Positions 1 to 13,621 of a stretch of 64,000 bases of DNA are shown here, piece by piece; within the stretch, counting starts at the first letter, position 1; every line of letters begins with the position of its first letter. The translations under genes were made by a program, and so were the position numbers. This DNA is from Vicugna vicugna (taxonomy: Eukaryota). Under the pieces are notes generated by a model that worked only from the letters and a program-made list of their open reading frames with translations, had not been told where the DNA came from and did no database searches. Location of the stretch: positions 372,001-436,000 of the forward strand of contig MU058444.1 in NCBI GenBank assembly GCA_013265495.1. Reading direction: 5' to 3'.

Positions 1-959
1 ATTGGGATCCCTACAGCGGTGTCCCAGTACCTGGCATTTGGAGTTACTGGCCGTCTGCACCAACCACACACCCACACACCCTATTTTCAGATGAGAAAGC
101 TGAGATCTGGAAAAGATTTGTTTAAAGACTCACAGCTGTGAGGAAGAGGACCCAGTATGAGGACTAACATCAAGAGCCGAAGTATCCCTGGGTCTTCAAC
201 ACGCGTGCATGAGGGGGCCGTTATTCGAATCTAGGACTTGCGGCAATGCCATTGACCTTGGGGGTTCTCTGGAGCCCAGGCACCGTTCTCAGGGTCACCA
301 CGTTCAGATGGAGGGGGCAAGAGCCACATCAGGCTGGAGGGGGCTGTCAAACCTGCGCTGTTCACAAGTGACGGTCCTCCGTGTAACCCCCATAGCAACG
401 CAGCGAAGTGCCCGCCCGCCCGAAGCCGGGTGATAAGGGTGATGATGCTGGAGGAGGAAGGCAAGCCTTGGGACGGCCTGCTTGGGGAAGGGCTGTCATG
501 CACGGCAGCTCCCAGTGTTGCTCCTCCTCGGGGCCCCCCAGCAGCGCTGCTTGAGAGGGCCCTGGGGAGCCTGCTGTTTACACAGGCGACTGGAAAGCAC
601 ATCTCCTTGTTGGTCTGTGGCTGGGAACTGACTCACAAGCCAGCATCTCACTGGTTCACTTTTTCTAGCTCCTGAAGGTGTCTGAAGGTGAAGGACGCCC
701 TCCCGTTTGCTGTGGGGTCCCCGAACCTGAGCAAACAGATGCTGGCGGTGGCTTTTACAAAGGAGAACGCCTGCCAGTCTTGCTGATGAAACTAGGCTCA
801 ACGAACATGCGGACAAATTCAAGCCTGGCCTCCCTAACGTTTCCTTTCCCTGTGTTGTCAGTGTTTGGTTGCTAAAAATTTTGTTTGTTTGTTTAAGTAG
901 TTTTTTGTTAAATGGAATGGCTCTAGAAAGCAGAGGGTGCTTGTGCCTTGGATAGAGGC

Positions 960-1410
960 AACGAGGCAGGACCCTGGGGAGGCCAGTGAGTACCAGCTTG
1001 GTGGGCGTGGGGTGCGTTGCCTGCTGGCCGGCCGTCGGGGGGCGCGATAAGCAGACAGCCCGCGGCTGCCACGGAGCCCGCAGCTGCCTCGGCTGCAGAG
1101 AGATGCTTCGCCCTGTCTCCCTCCGCGCCAGCCGCCCCCTCTGTGCCTGCCCTCCGGAAAGGGACAAAAGCCTAGCCAGCCATCTTCACCCAACTCCGGG
1201 CAGCTCGGGTGGGCCCCGCTCCCAGGAGCTCCCGGCTGGGTTGGCCAAGGCTCGTGGGGTCCACCCTGAAGTTCCTTTTTTCCCGTTGCCCGGTGCAGCT
1301 CTGTCGCCTGACCTTCGCAGGGGTCGTTCCCCAGTCCGTCTCAGCATCTGATTTGGCGAAACCCAGCCTGCAACCATTCACCTATCTCTTTGACTTGGAA
1401 AACTTTACGG
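960..1410. promoter_or_regulatory. CpG/GC-rich patch (small CpG-island-like element)
   Basis: Visibly high GC and dense CpG (e.g. gccggccgtcggggggcgcgataag, ctccgcgccagccgcc) against an AT-rich background; no repeat recognised. Confidence 0.55.
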
Positions 1411-1606
1411 CCCCATAAAGTAAATGCCTAAACGTCTTTTGGGATAATTTAATTTTCAATAATATATAAGGAAAGGTTTACCTGTACAAAGTCTCAGAAA
1501 GGAAACAAAAAATGGTTTTCTAGTACTAATACCATAAAAATAGTGATTATAAATTGACTCTCAACACAGTCCACTTAACCACCATGGGAGGGGAAGCTTC
1601 CTGAAT

Positions 1607-2122
1607 TATTTTTAAAATATTTATTTATTTATTTATTTATTTAAGAATAGTCAGTTTACAATGTTGTACTAATTTCTGGTGTACAGCATGTTGATTCAGT
1701 TATACATATGTAGATATTTATTCCTTTTCATGTTCTTTTTCATTATAGGTTATTACAGGATATTAAATATGTGTAATACAGTAGGACCGTGTTGTTTATC
1801 TATTTTATATGTAGTGGTTAGGATCTGCAAATCCCAAACTCCAATTTATCCCTCCATCTCTCTCTTTCCCCTCGGTAACTATAAGTTTGTTTTCTATGTC
1901 TGTGAGTCTGTTTCTGTTTTGTAAATAAATTCATTTGTGTCATTTTGTTTTTAGATTCCACATATGAGTGATGTCCTATGGTATTTTTCTTTTTCTTTCT
2001 GGCTGACTTCACTTAGAACAATGATCTCCAGGTCCATCCATGTTGCTGCAAATGACATTATTTTATTCTTTTTTATGGTTGAGTATATGTATGTATGTAA
2101 GTGTGTATATATATACGTATAG
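1607..2122 (-). mobile_element. 5'-truncated L1 3' end
   Basis: (TTTA)n tail at left, L1 3'UTR and ORF2 C-terminus (minus-strand ...MSFAATWMDLEIIVLSEVSQKEKEKYH...LICGI); TSD ttcctgaat at 1598-1606 and 2123-2131. Confidence 0.93.
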
Positions 2123-4149
2123 TTCCTGAATCCTTGATTTATAAGATGCCTCATACTTGGAAGGTTTTCACACCCAGTTTTTCATTAATGAATTGCCCTG
2201 AATGTTTTCACGTATTTCTAGTTGTGCTTGGTGGCCCCATCAACCTTCCTAGCTAGTCTCAAAATACCAAAGCATTGCCTTGCTCTTGCTGGGGATGGGG
2301 TCAATGTTCCTTCCCTGGTGATTCCTGCAGACATGGGGAGTGGGAAGCAGGGGAGGGAGGAATTGGGTGGGAAGTGTATCTGGAGGACACTGGGCTCCAT
2401 TCTACTGCCCTAGCAACTTTGTTTCCAGAGTTTGCTGGATCTGTACTTAACCCTTTAATTACCTAATTGGGTAAGTTTGGAATCTAATGGATTGGCTCAG
2501 GAGAAGAAAAAGTGCGAAGGAATAAGTTTCCTTGCCCTTGAAGGTGCTGCACGGATCATGAGCAGAGGTCATGAGCAAGTGATTCACAGCAGTGGGAAAT
2601 TTATTTCTGAGTTGCTCGTATGCTAGATGTACTCATAAAAGTAATATACATCTACAACAAATTGGGTTACAGAGATAGCATGAAATCTGAAGAATTTATA
2701 ATTTAGAGGGTGCAGAGATATAAAGCAGCAACTGAGCCCAAGTCAGATTTAGAACTGGTTTTAATATGATACTGAGGGGTGATATCCGGGCTCACGCAGG
2801 GGCTGGATTGTGTGTGTGTGTGTTAGGGCTAAGATAACATCTTGTTCTTATCTGTATTTCAGGAAGCATTCTTATTAGAACCATATCCTAGAAGAAAGCA
2901 AGTTATATTAAAAAGATTGAAGCATGAGTCAGTTTTCAGTATTGCAGAATGATGAGAAACCAAATATACGAATCTTGGAAAATTTAGTGAGCATAAACAG
3001 TTAAAAAAAAACCAGATGACTGGGAAAAGTCAGTTTTTATTTCTGGGATTAAACAATTCTGCTAATAATATATGGGATATTGCGGTCATGGAAATGTGGT
3101 TTAGGGTTCACTCAGTAAGTTGTTAAAGCTATTTTGCTTGCTCTACTATGGTTCTCGTATAAAAATTCCAACTAAATAAAAGGAAAAAAAAAAGCTGCAA
3201 GCTTCCTACAACATGGAAATGCCCCCTTTCCTCAGTGATGATTGAAAACGTTCAAAAATATTTTTCTCACAGTGCCGCGGATGGAATAGCGTCAGAAGTA
3301 TGCCTTTTAAATTCAGATACGTTTCCGGTGCGTTTAACCCCAAAAGCAGTATGTTTAGACTGAGTGGTGCTGCTCAGGTCTTTTCAATTTGGCAGTGCTG
3401 ACATTTCCTCAGTTTATCATTTGGTTATCAAAGCATCTCCTGAACAAAGCAGACTGGCTTCAAAATGAGCGGCTCCCACCACGCGTTGACTGGCTTCTTT
3501 GCCGGGTCCATACGGTGGAAATCAGAGGACACTTCGTCCCAGCTGGCCTGTCCACAAGTGCCTTTCCTCCTTTTATCATTTTTACTCTCTGACCTTTTAA
3601 AGCGTTTTAGGTGGGCACCCTTCCGGTTTCTTCCTTTTTTCTGCCATTAGGGGTCCTCTCTGCTGGTCTTTGCTCCCATCATTTCTGGGTTTTATTTGCT
3701 TTTTTGTGTGAAGGTTTCTTCTTCTTCATCTTTTTTTAATCTACTGGAAAGCCTTACACTGCTCACTTAAAAGTGCTCGTGGCGCTTCTTAGAGATCTTG
3801 ATTGAACTTAATCCACATTTCAAATACCAGTATTTTCTACTTAAAAATAAATGTTCTTGTTCAGTTTCATGGTCTGTAAAAGATAGTAGGGCAGGGAGAA
3901 AAAAGACGAAAGTTTGAGCAATTACCAAATCACAGGAAGATGTTCTTGCCGCCTCCCCTGGGGTTTATCCAGGCCAGTTGGGAGTTTTTCATTTCTTTTT
4001 CTGCTTTGAGTATCAATGCTCAGAAGTTTTAAATTCCCATAAAAAATGTTCTCATACTGTCATAAAACTTCAATTAAATCTCTTTTAATTTCGCCCCCTA
4101 GATCTATCACCCAAGTGTTCAGAGGAGGCATAAAGAAACCGTAATGAGA

Positions 4150-4312
4150 CCTGGGCAGGGGGAGAGTATAGCTCAGTGGTAGCATGCACAAGGTCCTGGG
4201 TTCAATCCCCAGGGCCTCCTCAAAAAATAAATGAATAAATATATCCAACTACCTACCCCTTCCCAAACAAAACAAATTAAAAAAAAAAGAAATTAAAAAA
4301 AGAAAAGAAAGC
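4150..4312 (+). mobile_element. tRNA-derived camelid SINE (Vic-1 type)
   Basis: A box TAGCTCAGTGG, B box GGTTCAATCCC, A-rich tail; TSD aac[c/t]gtaatgaga at 4137-4149 and 4313-4325. Confidence 0.9.
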
Positions 4313-5142
4313 AACTGTAATGAGATGCCAGTCCTCTGTATTGGCATCGCCTTGACAGGGTTTGTGAGGTATTTGTGTCTCTTTATAGCAGTAAAATATC
4401 AGAAAGACAGTATCACCCGAGAGCCTAAAGGAGCAACATTATTCTGGGCTTAACAGTCAAAGATTTGAGCCATAAGAACAAAACTCAGCTTATGTATGTA
4501 CCACTTGGAAAGGTGAATCCTTACTAGCGAACAGGGTCCTCTGAGGTCTGCATGAAGGGTTCCACCTGCTTCAGACTCACAGACATGCCCTTCCCCTCTG
4601 CCTCAGTCAGCGGGGTAAATCCTCATTTCAGTAACCTAGATCTCACCACCTCAGATCGTCTGACCTTATCTGCTAATTTAAGTGAACGTTCAAAACTCTT
4701 CCTTCTGTTCATTTTGCCTGCCTTTCGGTGGGCCTACTGAGAGATCAACGTTTTTAATATATACATGTTTACTTCACCATACAGAAACTACCTCCTTTCC
4801 CCTTTACATGGCCTGAAATTCACTGGTAAGTTATCAAACTCTTCTTGAAGAACTTCATAACATATGCACGTATGCACACACAATACACACACAACCATGT
4901 ATAATAATGTAGAGTGTTTTGTTTCATCTGGAGTATATTAGAATAAGTTTCACATATCATGGCCCATTAACCTTAAATAGGTTGATATTTTTTATGGTTA
5001 AGGATACTCTTACAGAACCACAAGGCAACTGTCAACTTAGGTAATCTCTGCTTGCATGTTCTTTATGAATAAAGCTTGTACAGTGTACTACAAGATGGTA
5101 AAATCTCAGTGTGCGGGGATGTCCTTCAGGGTGACCTTATGG

Positions 5143-5500
5143 TGTTACAGCAACCTGAATCCCGTGGAGAGACCAAGCGACACTCGGAGGGTTGGAGAAC
5201 TCAGGTTTATCGCACCGGTGGGCCCCGAGGAGTTAACACTCCAAGTTCTGGAACCCGACTGCAGGTTTATACAGGCTTTTATAGGGTTTTAAGTTTTGAT
5301 TAAGTTTGTACCATATGCAAATGAGGTGTTAGAAATGGACCAACTGGGAGTGAGCTTTTGGGAACTGATGGAATTTTAGGGGTAAGTTTCATTTTCCTAG
5401 AAACAAGCCATTTTACAGAAGCGCAAAAGTGGGAAGGCAGTGGCCCTGCCTGGGAGGTCTTACTGGTCTTACAAAAACCTTTGTGGGTTTTGCCCCTTCA
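5143..5500 (-). mobile_element. ERV1-type solo LTR (358 bp)
   Basis: TG...CA termini (tgttacagca...gccccttca), near-perfect 4-bp TSD atgg/gtgg, minus-strand TATA (ttttatagg ~5277-5285) and degenerate poly(A) signal; octamer ATGCAAAT 5315-5322. Confidence 0.75.
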
Positions 5501-6667
5501 GTGGTTCCCACTCTTTGCAGTTTTCTGTTAACCTGGCATTCTAGGTAGGGGTGAGGAGTTTTGCCTCTTTACTCTGAGTCATAGCAGAGATGATAGCTAA
5601 ACCTGGAGAGGCTTGTTGGCAGGGATTTAAATATCTGCCTTCTGGCTTTTTCTCACCTGTATTTCGTAACAAAAAACTCACGAGGATTTTGCTTTGGGAA
5701 GATTTGCCTACCAAACGATGCTTGCAAATAACACATTCATCACTTAGCATTTGGGGTTTTGATTAAGCCATTATGCAAGTAATTTCACTTTAGTGGCTGT
5801 TAAAGAGTCTGTTTTGACAGGAAAAAGATGTTTTGGCTTCGAGTACCTTGAGGTTTCTCTGCAGTTTATCAGAATCTATGCAGATTGTAAAGTGGCCTTT
5901 TAATCTACAGGGAAACCCTGGTGATCCCACACTTACTACGTCGTAGGCTGTGCAAAATAACGCATGCGTCAAAATTGCCAATAAAACCTCAAGGTCAGAC
6001 TGACATTCTTGAAGTGTGCAACACTTTTATTTACTTTCTGTCCCCAGATGGATACACTGTCTCCTTTTTTTCCCATTCTATTGCCTAAGACATTTGCCCT
6101 GTTGTTTTATTCATGCCTTAGTCACATCTTTGTGGGTAATTACATATATTTGACTACTCATCTTCCAGGGTGATTCCTGGCATTCAACTCTTTTTTTGGG
6201 GGGGGGGCCTCCTTCCTTTTGAAATCCCTACATTTCATTTGTCAACAGCCTCTGATTATCTCAAGGATACCTGGATTATCCTGACTCATCCTTGTACTTG
6301 GGATGAGGACCCTCACGTGGGATCTCTAGTCCCAAGGAATTTCAAGACGGACGATGGAGTAGGGGGTGGTGTTCCCCCCCTATTCACACTATGATTAACC
6401 CTTTTTACTCATCTTATGATTCTCCTAGAATATTTTTGCCACTTCTGTTTTTCTAATGTACTAGAGTCACACTGCCTTAGTCATAGCTGAACAAGTTGTT
6501 AGACACTGTTCGAAACAGAACAAAGAAAATCCGACTCCATCTAGATTGTCTTTCATTTGCAAAGATTATTTGAAATTTGACTTAAAAATCATGTAGTTTG
6601 AAATGAACCAATCTAAATAAAATGAAGTGTTGGCGTATTAAAAATGTCCTACTTTTCAAGTGTATTT

Positions 6668-6764
6668 AAAAACAATTTTTTTTTTAAATGGAGGTACTGG
6701 GGATTGAACCCAGGACTTCACACAGGCTGACATGTGCTCTACCACTGAGCTATACCTTCCCCTC
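6668..6764 (-). mobile_element. Vic-1-type SINE
   Basis: ggggattgaacccagg...ctaccactgagctatacc (reverse B and A boxes), T tail; TSD tcaagtgta[t/c]tt at 6656-6667 and 6765-6776. Confidence 0.9.
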
Positions 6765-7604
6765 TCAAGTGTACTTTATTTTAAGTATATTTTGTAATAT
6801 CTCCATAGTCAATGACCATGAAGTAGCCATGTTCATGTTTTCATTCATTATATTTTGCTGGGAAAAAAGTGGTTAAAGTAATTGTGTAGAATTTCATCTT
6901 ATTCTTTTGTGTCCTGTGTAACTAATTCTTTGCTTTATGTACAAATGACATACATCCTAAAGACTGTTCATTTTCTACTGGGACAAAATACTTTTTCAGT
7001 TTTGCGGTTGACTCTGGATGAACATGCATTTCTTTGTATGGTGAGAGAGCAAGTAATAATAATTTAATTCATTATGTGTTGTCTTTTCCTCTAAGGTGTT
7101 TTCCTGAAGGATAATTTCCTCTAAGGTTAATTCACGTGTGGAATCGTATCTTTTATTTATCCTCAGCAGAACTGGTCTCTCCTCCCACAGGAGTGCTGTA
7201 TCCTTGAGTAAATGCTGCTATTCTTTAAAGTACTTCAGCTTAGAATTAAAAAACAACAACAACAACTACATTTTCCTCTAATAAAATGTCCAGACATTGT
7301 TAGATGGCAGAGTTGGCTCAATGATGCAGTGATGTCAGGTCTAACATCTCTGCAATTCTCTTAGCCTTTTCCTTACAGCCCAAGAAGGCTGCCATCAATC
7401 CAGCCATCATATCTACCATCAAGGCAGGAAGAAGAGGAAAGGACCTGCCTTAAGCTAATAATTTAATTTAAGAAATAGACACAGGACGATTTGTAACCCC
7501 AAAATAGAAATGTTGCACCTTTTCTATTTAGAATAATATTTTAATTTGCAAATTAGTTATCTAGAAGGCTATAAAATATTTTACTCACATTATTATTTAG
7601 TGTA

Positions 7605-7960
7605 TATTCATTTAAGAAATACCACATACCAACTATAATGCCAGACAGTATTTTAAAAGCTGAGATTATAAACTAACAAAACAGAGAGTTTTGCCTTCAA
7701 GAAACTTTGGGATGCATCCAGAAGAAGTGCAGGAAAACACAAACACAGTCCTATGTGATGGAAAAGCCACAGAGCCCAGCCCTGCCTAGGGCAGGCCTGG
7801 AGTGTGGGATTGCTCACTGACCCCTGAAACAGGTGAACCGTGGCTTGGGATCTGGGGTGTGACGATAAGGTAACCAGTAAAAGTGAGGGGAGTATATGGG
7901 GAGAGTCCAGGCATCAGAACCACCACGTGCCAAGCCGGGAAGTGATGGAGGGCAGGGTTT
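7605..7960 (-). mobile_element. Degenerate L2 3' fragment
   Basis: attcatttaagaaat...tgccagacagtatttt...gccttcaag pattern typical of a reversed L2 3' end; boundaries approximate. Confidence 0.5.
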
Positions 7961-8982
7961 ACTCGAGAACCGTAAGTCGTTCTCTGTCCGATCACAGGCA
8001 TGACGGATGGAAATTCAGGGAAGCATTTTTTTCAGGACCTTGGTCTTCATTCCTGCCCTTTGGTAATTATGCTATCGTCTTTTACTTTCTCTTGATTCTC
8101 ATTCCTGAGAAGTTAGTTTTGGTTCTACTCTCCTGGGGTCCCTGGGCTACCAAGCCAAATCTTACAGCAGCCAGAGCCTGGATCTGAATAAAGTCAGACT
8201 AGTCACCATAGCCTTTGTTTCCTGCTGTTTCATAGCGTGCACACTTTGCTAATTCAAAGTTGGATAGTTCCTGAAGGCATTTATATGTACTGCCTCGAGT
8301 ACAGTAAATGAAGGTTTCATACAGAGAGTTAATGTCCTGTGTGTATATATGTATATGTATATATATATGGATGGACATATGTGCATATGTACACATATGT
8401 CTCTTTTTGAGGGGGCATCACTTGATTAATTTGCACACTGGTAGCAATTCTTGTCAAGGCACAGTGACATAATTCTTTCCATTGACACAAACTTATCACA
8501 TTTCAGCGAGTTGACCTTGGCTCCCAGACTGCTTGAGTGAACCACCACGAAACCCTTCTAGATTATGAAACTTGTTTCTTATTCTCCTGTACAATTTTTG
8601 GGCCTTGCAGAATGATTGTCTGATGGATATCAGAGTCTAAAAAAACTCCCTCAGCAGGTTAGGACAAAAAGAGCAAAAGAAAACCATGAGTCTTCAGGCA
8701 TGATCTCTAGTTGGTTTTGCTAACCCATCTAACCTCCTTGGCCCATAGGGACTATCTCTAATGTCATCAGCTCTGTCTATGTGATGACTTATCACTGACC
8801 TTCAAGTGGAGCCGTGTATGTCACCAGCGTGCAGTCACTACTGAGAACTGCAGAGGAAAGGGGCCTTGTTTATTATCGTGAAGAGTCTTGGGGTCTTGAC
8901 AAAAGGTTTTATCCAGAAGTGCTACTGGTCTAAGAAAACTGTGCAACTTTAAACCTCTAACTTCTCATGAAAAAAGCATGCC

Positions 8983-9185
8983 TTGAAAGACAGTATGAAG
9001 GTTCCTTAAAAACTAAAAATAGAGTTACCATATGATCCAGCAATCCCACTCCTGGGCATATATCCCGAGAAAACTCTAATTCAAAAAGACACATGCACCC
9101 CAGTGTTCACAGCAGCACTATTTACAACAGTCAATACCTGGAAACAACCTAAATGGCCATCAACAGATGACTGGATAAAGATGTG

Positions 9186-9231
<46 letters not shown>

Positions 9232-9698
9232 TGATATGGAATACTACTCAGCCATAACAAAGAATAAAATAATACCATTTCCAGCAACATAGATGGACCT
9301 GGAGATTATCATACTAAGTAAGGTAAGTCAGACAGAGAAAGAAAAATATCATGTTATCACTTTAATGTGGAATCTAAAAAATAATACAAATGAACTTGTT
9401 TACAAAATACAAACAGACTTATAGACATAGAAAGCAAATGTATGGTTACAAGGGGAAGAGGGTGAGAAGAGATAAATTGGGAGTTCGGGATTTGCAGATA
9501 CAAACTATTATACATAAAACAGATAAACAATAAAGTCCCACTGTACAGGACAGGGAACTATATTCAATATCTTTTAATAGCCTATAATGAAAAAGAATAT
9601 AAAAAGGAATATATACATGTATATATAACTGGATCACTATACTGTACACCAGAAATTAACACAACATTGTAAACTTATACTTGAATAAAAAAAAAAAA
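8983..9698 (+). mobile_element. 5'-truncated L1 (ORF2 end + 3'UTR + poly-A)
   Basis: tatgatccagcaatcccactcctgggcatatatcc ... tggaatctaaa ... aataaaa(A)n; TSD aaaaag[c/g]atgcc at 8971-8982 and ~9694-9705. Confidence 0.95.
9188..9229 (+). repeat. (AC)21 microsatellite inside L1
   Basis: Uninterrupted dinucleotide run read directly. Confidence 0.97.
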
Positions 9699-11344
9699 GG
9701 ATGCCAGGGCGTGGGACCCTATGTGTGCTTCAGGGGCTGTGGCCAGTAGACAATCTGGTAGTAGCCTAAGGTATGAAGACTTTCTGCATTACGTTTTGCT
9801 CAGAGGGTGGGTGCAATTTATTGACGATATGACTATGGCAGAATTAGATTTCTGTAACAGAAAGAAAAGAAACATTATTTTGTCTAGTTCACTTGTTTTA
9901 ACGAACAAGTAGGTCCTTAGAGGGACCAAGTGACAAATTAGTATCAGAGACAAGAATATTAAGTGAAGTAAGTCAGACAGAGAAAGACAAATATATGATG
10001 TTGTCGCTTGTTCCAAACAAATGATAGCGCCCCCATTGGCCGTGTGACACACCCCTCCCCGCCCAGGTGGACATGTGGGTCCTCACGCCTGATGGCTCTC
10101 GAGAAGAGAGGCTGTGATGGATCTGAATTCTTCAATTAGGCTCATGAATACTCTGTTATGTTACTCTGATCTGAAATTCATCTGCAAGGAGTGGAGGAGA
10201 ATGAAGGTCAATTTACCATGATTGAAGAAGAGGAAAATGGGAGAGAAGACATTTTTCCAATGTTCTGAAATCTTGAGAAAAGCTGGCGGGCAGTATCCTC
10301 TTCAAGGCTGTTCACATCCCCCTTCTTCCTTCCTGATTTGGTGGTTACGTCGTGCCCCCAAAAGGCACGGCATCAATCATCCAGCGAATAGGGCACCAAT
10401 TAATTTGCGGACACGAAGAGTGACATGCAGTCGGCTAATGCGACGCTAACGAGTTTATGCTTTTCACAAAATAGACCAATTTTGAGTTTTATCAACCTTG
10501 GCAGTTGAAATTAAAATGGAAATAGCAACTTTCTTTTTTTTTGTTCTCCCTACAAAGGAACTAATTATTTTTCTCTGGGTAATGATAATTAACAACACTC
10601 CTCGCACGTTCCAGATCGGAGCACAGCTGGTACTCGAATAATCACCGAGGCTTGGCTGTATGTGGGGACATTAAACCCCTGTCTAACTTGGGAAGTGCAT
10701 ACACTGTACATGACTGCCTCCGTGTATTAATTCTAAATTATGCCGCAATGAACTTCTCAAATTGGGAGCAACATTTTAATTAATCAATTGTAGTCAGAGA
10801 GAGAGAGATGGGGAGAGCGTTACCATGACAGTCTTCTATTGAGCGTAGCTTTTGTGGGTGCTTGGCAGGCCTGGGCTTTGGGGGCCACTCCTTAGATTTC
10901 CCTGTGGTGCAGATCTGGACCAGAGCCAGCCAAAGGACCCACTGGGTGAGCACCACCAGGGTTTCCAGAGCTCTGCAGGGCAGCCCTGAGGAGAAGGCAG
11001 TGGTCCTTCTCTGTGTCTACTGCCATAAAAACTGTTACCTTTCTCATCCGTGGCATCCTAACAATCCCCTTAGGGACAAGGACCATGTGTCCATCTCTGT
11101 TTACCTCCCAGTTTTGCACAGTGCTTGGCAGCTAAGTGATCCATCAGTGTTGGATGGACGAAGGGTGGGTGATACGGAGGAGGAAGAGCATGTTGTCCTG
11201 GCTACCAAAGGAGGCTTGATGCTAACTGGTCGATGCCTGATGGTTATGTCTCAAGTATCAGAAGAAACCATGTTTGCTCTCCTATTGCCTTAAGAATGTC
11301 AGTGAGTGTTAGATCTACTTTGAGTTTCCACTACAGCAAATTAA

Positions 11345-11880
11345 AAAAATACGATCACACTTTATGCCGGTGAGGGTATACGAAAGCGCACTTAGGCAAC
11401 CCTTCAGGAAAGGAATTTAGCAATGTCTATCAAGATTTGGCATCATGTTTGTTTCCTTTAATCTGGCAAAACTCAGCACCTGGAAGTCAACTTTAAGGGG
11501 ATCATTCAAAATAGAGAAATAGCTTTCAGCACACCGAGGTGCTCATTTCAGATTTGTTTGAAATCATGGAAAATTGGAAACAAACTAGGTTTCCAACAGC
11601 ATGGGGATGGTGAGTGAAAAGTGGCATATTTGCTAATTGGAGCTTTATTTGCTGACATGAAATGTTTTTCAAGATTTTGTAGTAAGATAAAAAATTCTTA
11701 TATTAAAATTTTACTTATTATTTATTATATTGATATTTTTATTTAGATGTAAAATTTATACATCATTATCACAACTAACGTATACCATAGAGCAAAAAAG
11801 ACTGGAAGGAAATATTATTAACTCTAAGAATAGAAAAAAGACTCAAAGAAAATCCACCGAAATATTAACAGTGGTTGTAT
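11345..11880 (+). mobile_element. Ancient L1 (L1ME-like) 3' fragment
   Basis: Degenerate motifs ggaatttagcaatgtctatcaa, aaaattggaaacaaactaggtttccaacag, accgaaatattaacagtggtt. Confidence 0.55.
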
Positions 11881-11904
11881 TTTTTGTTTGTTTGTTTTGG
11901 TTTT

Positions 11905-12310
11905 TCTAATTTTTAGCCAACCCCTTTGCTTACATCTCCTCGACTCTTTGGGGCTGAGAACCTGGCTCCTTCCGGCTCCACGTTCCACTGCTCAAACTAG
12001 ATTGGTTTATGATGGTCATCTGACTCAAGCTGGGGAAACTGGATTTTTCTCTCCTGGGAATTCAGAATTGGGAATTCAGAGAAAGCAAGTCAGTCTGTAT
12101 GCGTGTCTTGGACTGAGGGACATGCAAATTTTTGACCACAGGTACAGGCACCTTCCCTCACTTGTACAAAGAAAGCAGATTTTCAGAAAAATAAGAAAGC
12201 AGATGTACAGAAGAAAGCAGAAAAAGTAAGAGATCGGGAGACCCCAGAGAAAAACTTATTTCTAATAACTTTGTCATTTCTGCTTCTAACCCTCAGGAGG
12301 CCTGGCTGAA
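11905..12310. mobile_element. Old MaLR LTR (MLT1J/K-like) fragment
   Basis: ggtcatctgactcaagctggggaaactggatttttctctcctgggaattcagaattggg resembles the conserved MLT1 core; boundaries approximate. Confidence 0.5.
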
Positions 12311-13374
12311 TAGCCTGAGATATTCTCATGTCTTTATAATATATTATTCATATTATTATTATTTTTTCTCCAGTCTGTTTCTGTTATCTGAAATCGAGTA
12401 TAAGTGTACAAGATGCCTTTCCTTTTGCACATTTAAAAAATATCCAAAATGGTTATGCATTATTACTAAAATATTATTATAGTAAATATAATAATTGATG
12501 TATTTTTTTAAAAAAAACAGCAGAGTTTTTATCAAGAGCTCTGGTTGATCCACTGTGTGTCATAAGTAAGATGCGTGGCTCATTTGTGGCCATAGAATTA
12601 CATTGTTTTTTTCTAATCCTGCTTTTCTTATTTTTGGGAAATTCGATAATTTCATTCGCTTCTAACATACGGTTATTTGTTATTTTAAACAAACTCACTT
12701 GGACCAATATCACATTTAAAATGATGAAGAAGCGTGCCTAGGCAGTCCTCCTCCCCAGTGCCATTCTCTGACCTCTGTCCCTGACTCTCAGTCAGACAAC
12801 GATTATGTTTGCCATCACCCAACCATTTGAAATGCTCGTGGATAAAAGCATTACCGATGGGAGACATTTTTCATAACGTATAACTCAATAAAAATACAGG
12901 TTGCAGTTCTAATCACATTAAAACTTATAAATACATTTTTAAAGAAACCAGGAAAGAAATATACTGTGATATTCACTGTGGTGTAATTGAGTTGTGACTT
13001 TAGAGAAAATTTAAATGTTCTTTTTTGTATGCCTTTGTTGTCTCCAATTTTTTTTTATGGTGTAGGTGAAGTTAGTTGTTAAAAAATTTTTAAAGTTAGA
13101 TTAAAAAAATAATTACCCCCCACAAAAGAATTTGAATACCTAAAAAAGAAAAAAAATTACCTTAGTCACCAAAACCATCTCGTCAGTCTTCATTCCTGGT
13201 TCTATCAGGTGCAAGAGTTTAAGAAAGAAGGAAGGAATGAGGAATAGAATGCGGGCTGCCTTGGATGCTCCACCTGCAGGATGCAGGCCCTCTGGTTACT
13301 CTCTAGGGGGACATTTATCAGGGAGATGTTGGACTGGGACTTATTTCCGGTCCAGAGAATCCAAGGTTTACAGC

Positions 13375-13580
13375 AGACAGTGGTGAAGAGCTCTGGCTTA
13401 GGGCTAAGCCTGCCTCTGCTCTTTTCAATCTGCGTGGACCTGAGAAATTCCTTAACCCGGGAAGTCTCAGCTTCCTCATCTGTAAAATGGTGCAGTGCCC
13501 TCACTGGGTTGTCGAGAGCATTACATGAGATAGCATTACATTCAGCATTCAGCATAGCCGTTGGCTCTGTTAAGCCATTC
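13375..13580 (+). mobile_element. MIR SINE
   Basis: MIR core gtctcagcttcctcatctgtaaaatgg with flanking consensus-like sequence. Confidence 0.85.
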
Positions 13581-13581
13581 T

Positions 13582-13583
<2 letters not shown>

Positions 13584-13617
<34 letters not shown>
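13584..13617 (+). repeat. (GT)17 microsatellite
   Basis: Read directly. Confidence 0.97.

Positions 13618-13621
<4 letters not shown>

Noticed and set aside
4158..4220. tRNA-like sequences here and at ~6690, ~22040 and ~53285
   Set aside because: A-rich tails, TSDs on three of the four and degenerate cloverleaves mark them as SINEs, not tRNA genes.
5505..6500. Possible ERV internal (pol/integrase) remnant next to the LTR (CVIC motif in a minus-strand ORF)
   Set aside because: The LTR has its own TSD, so it is solo, and the motif similarity is too weak to call without an HMM search.
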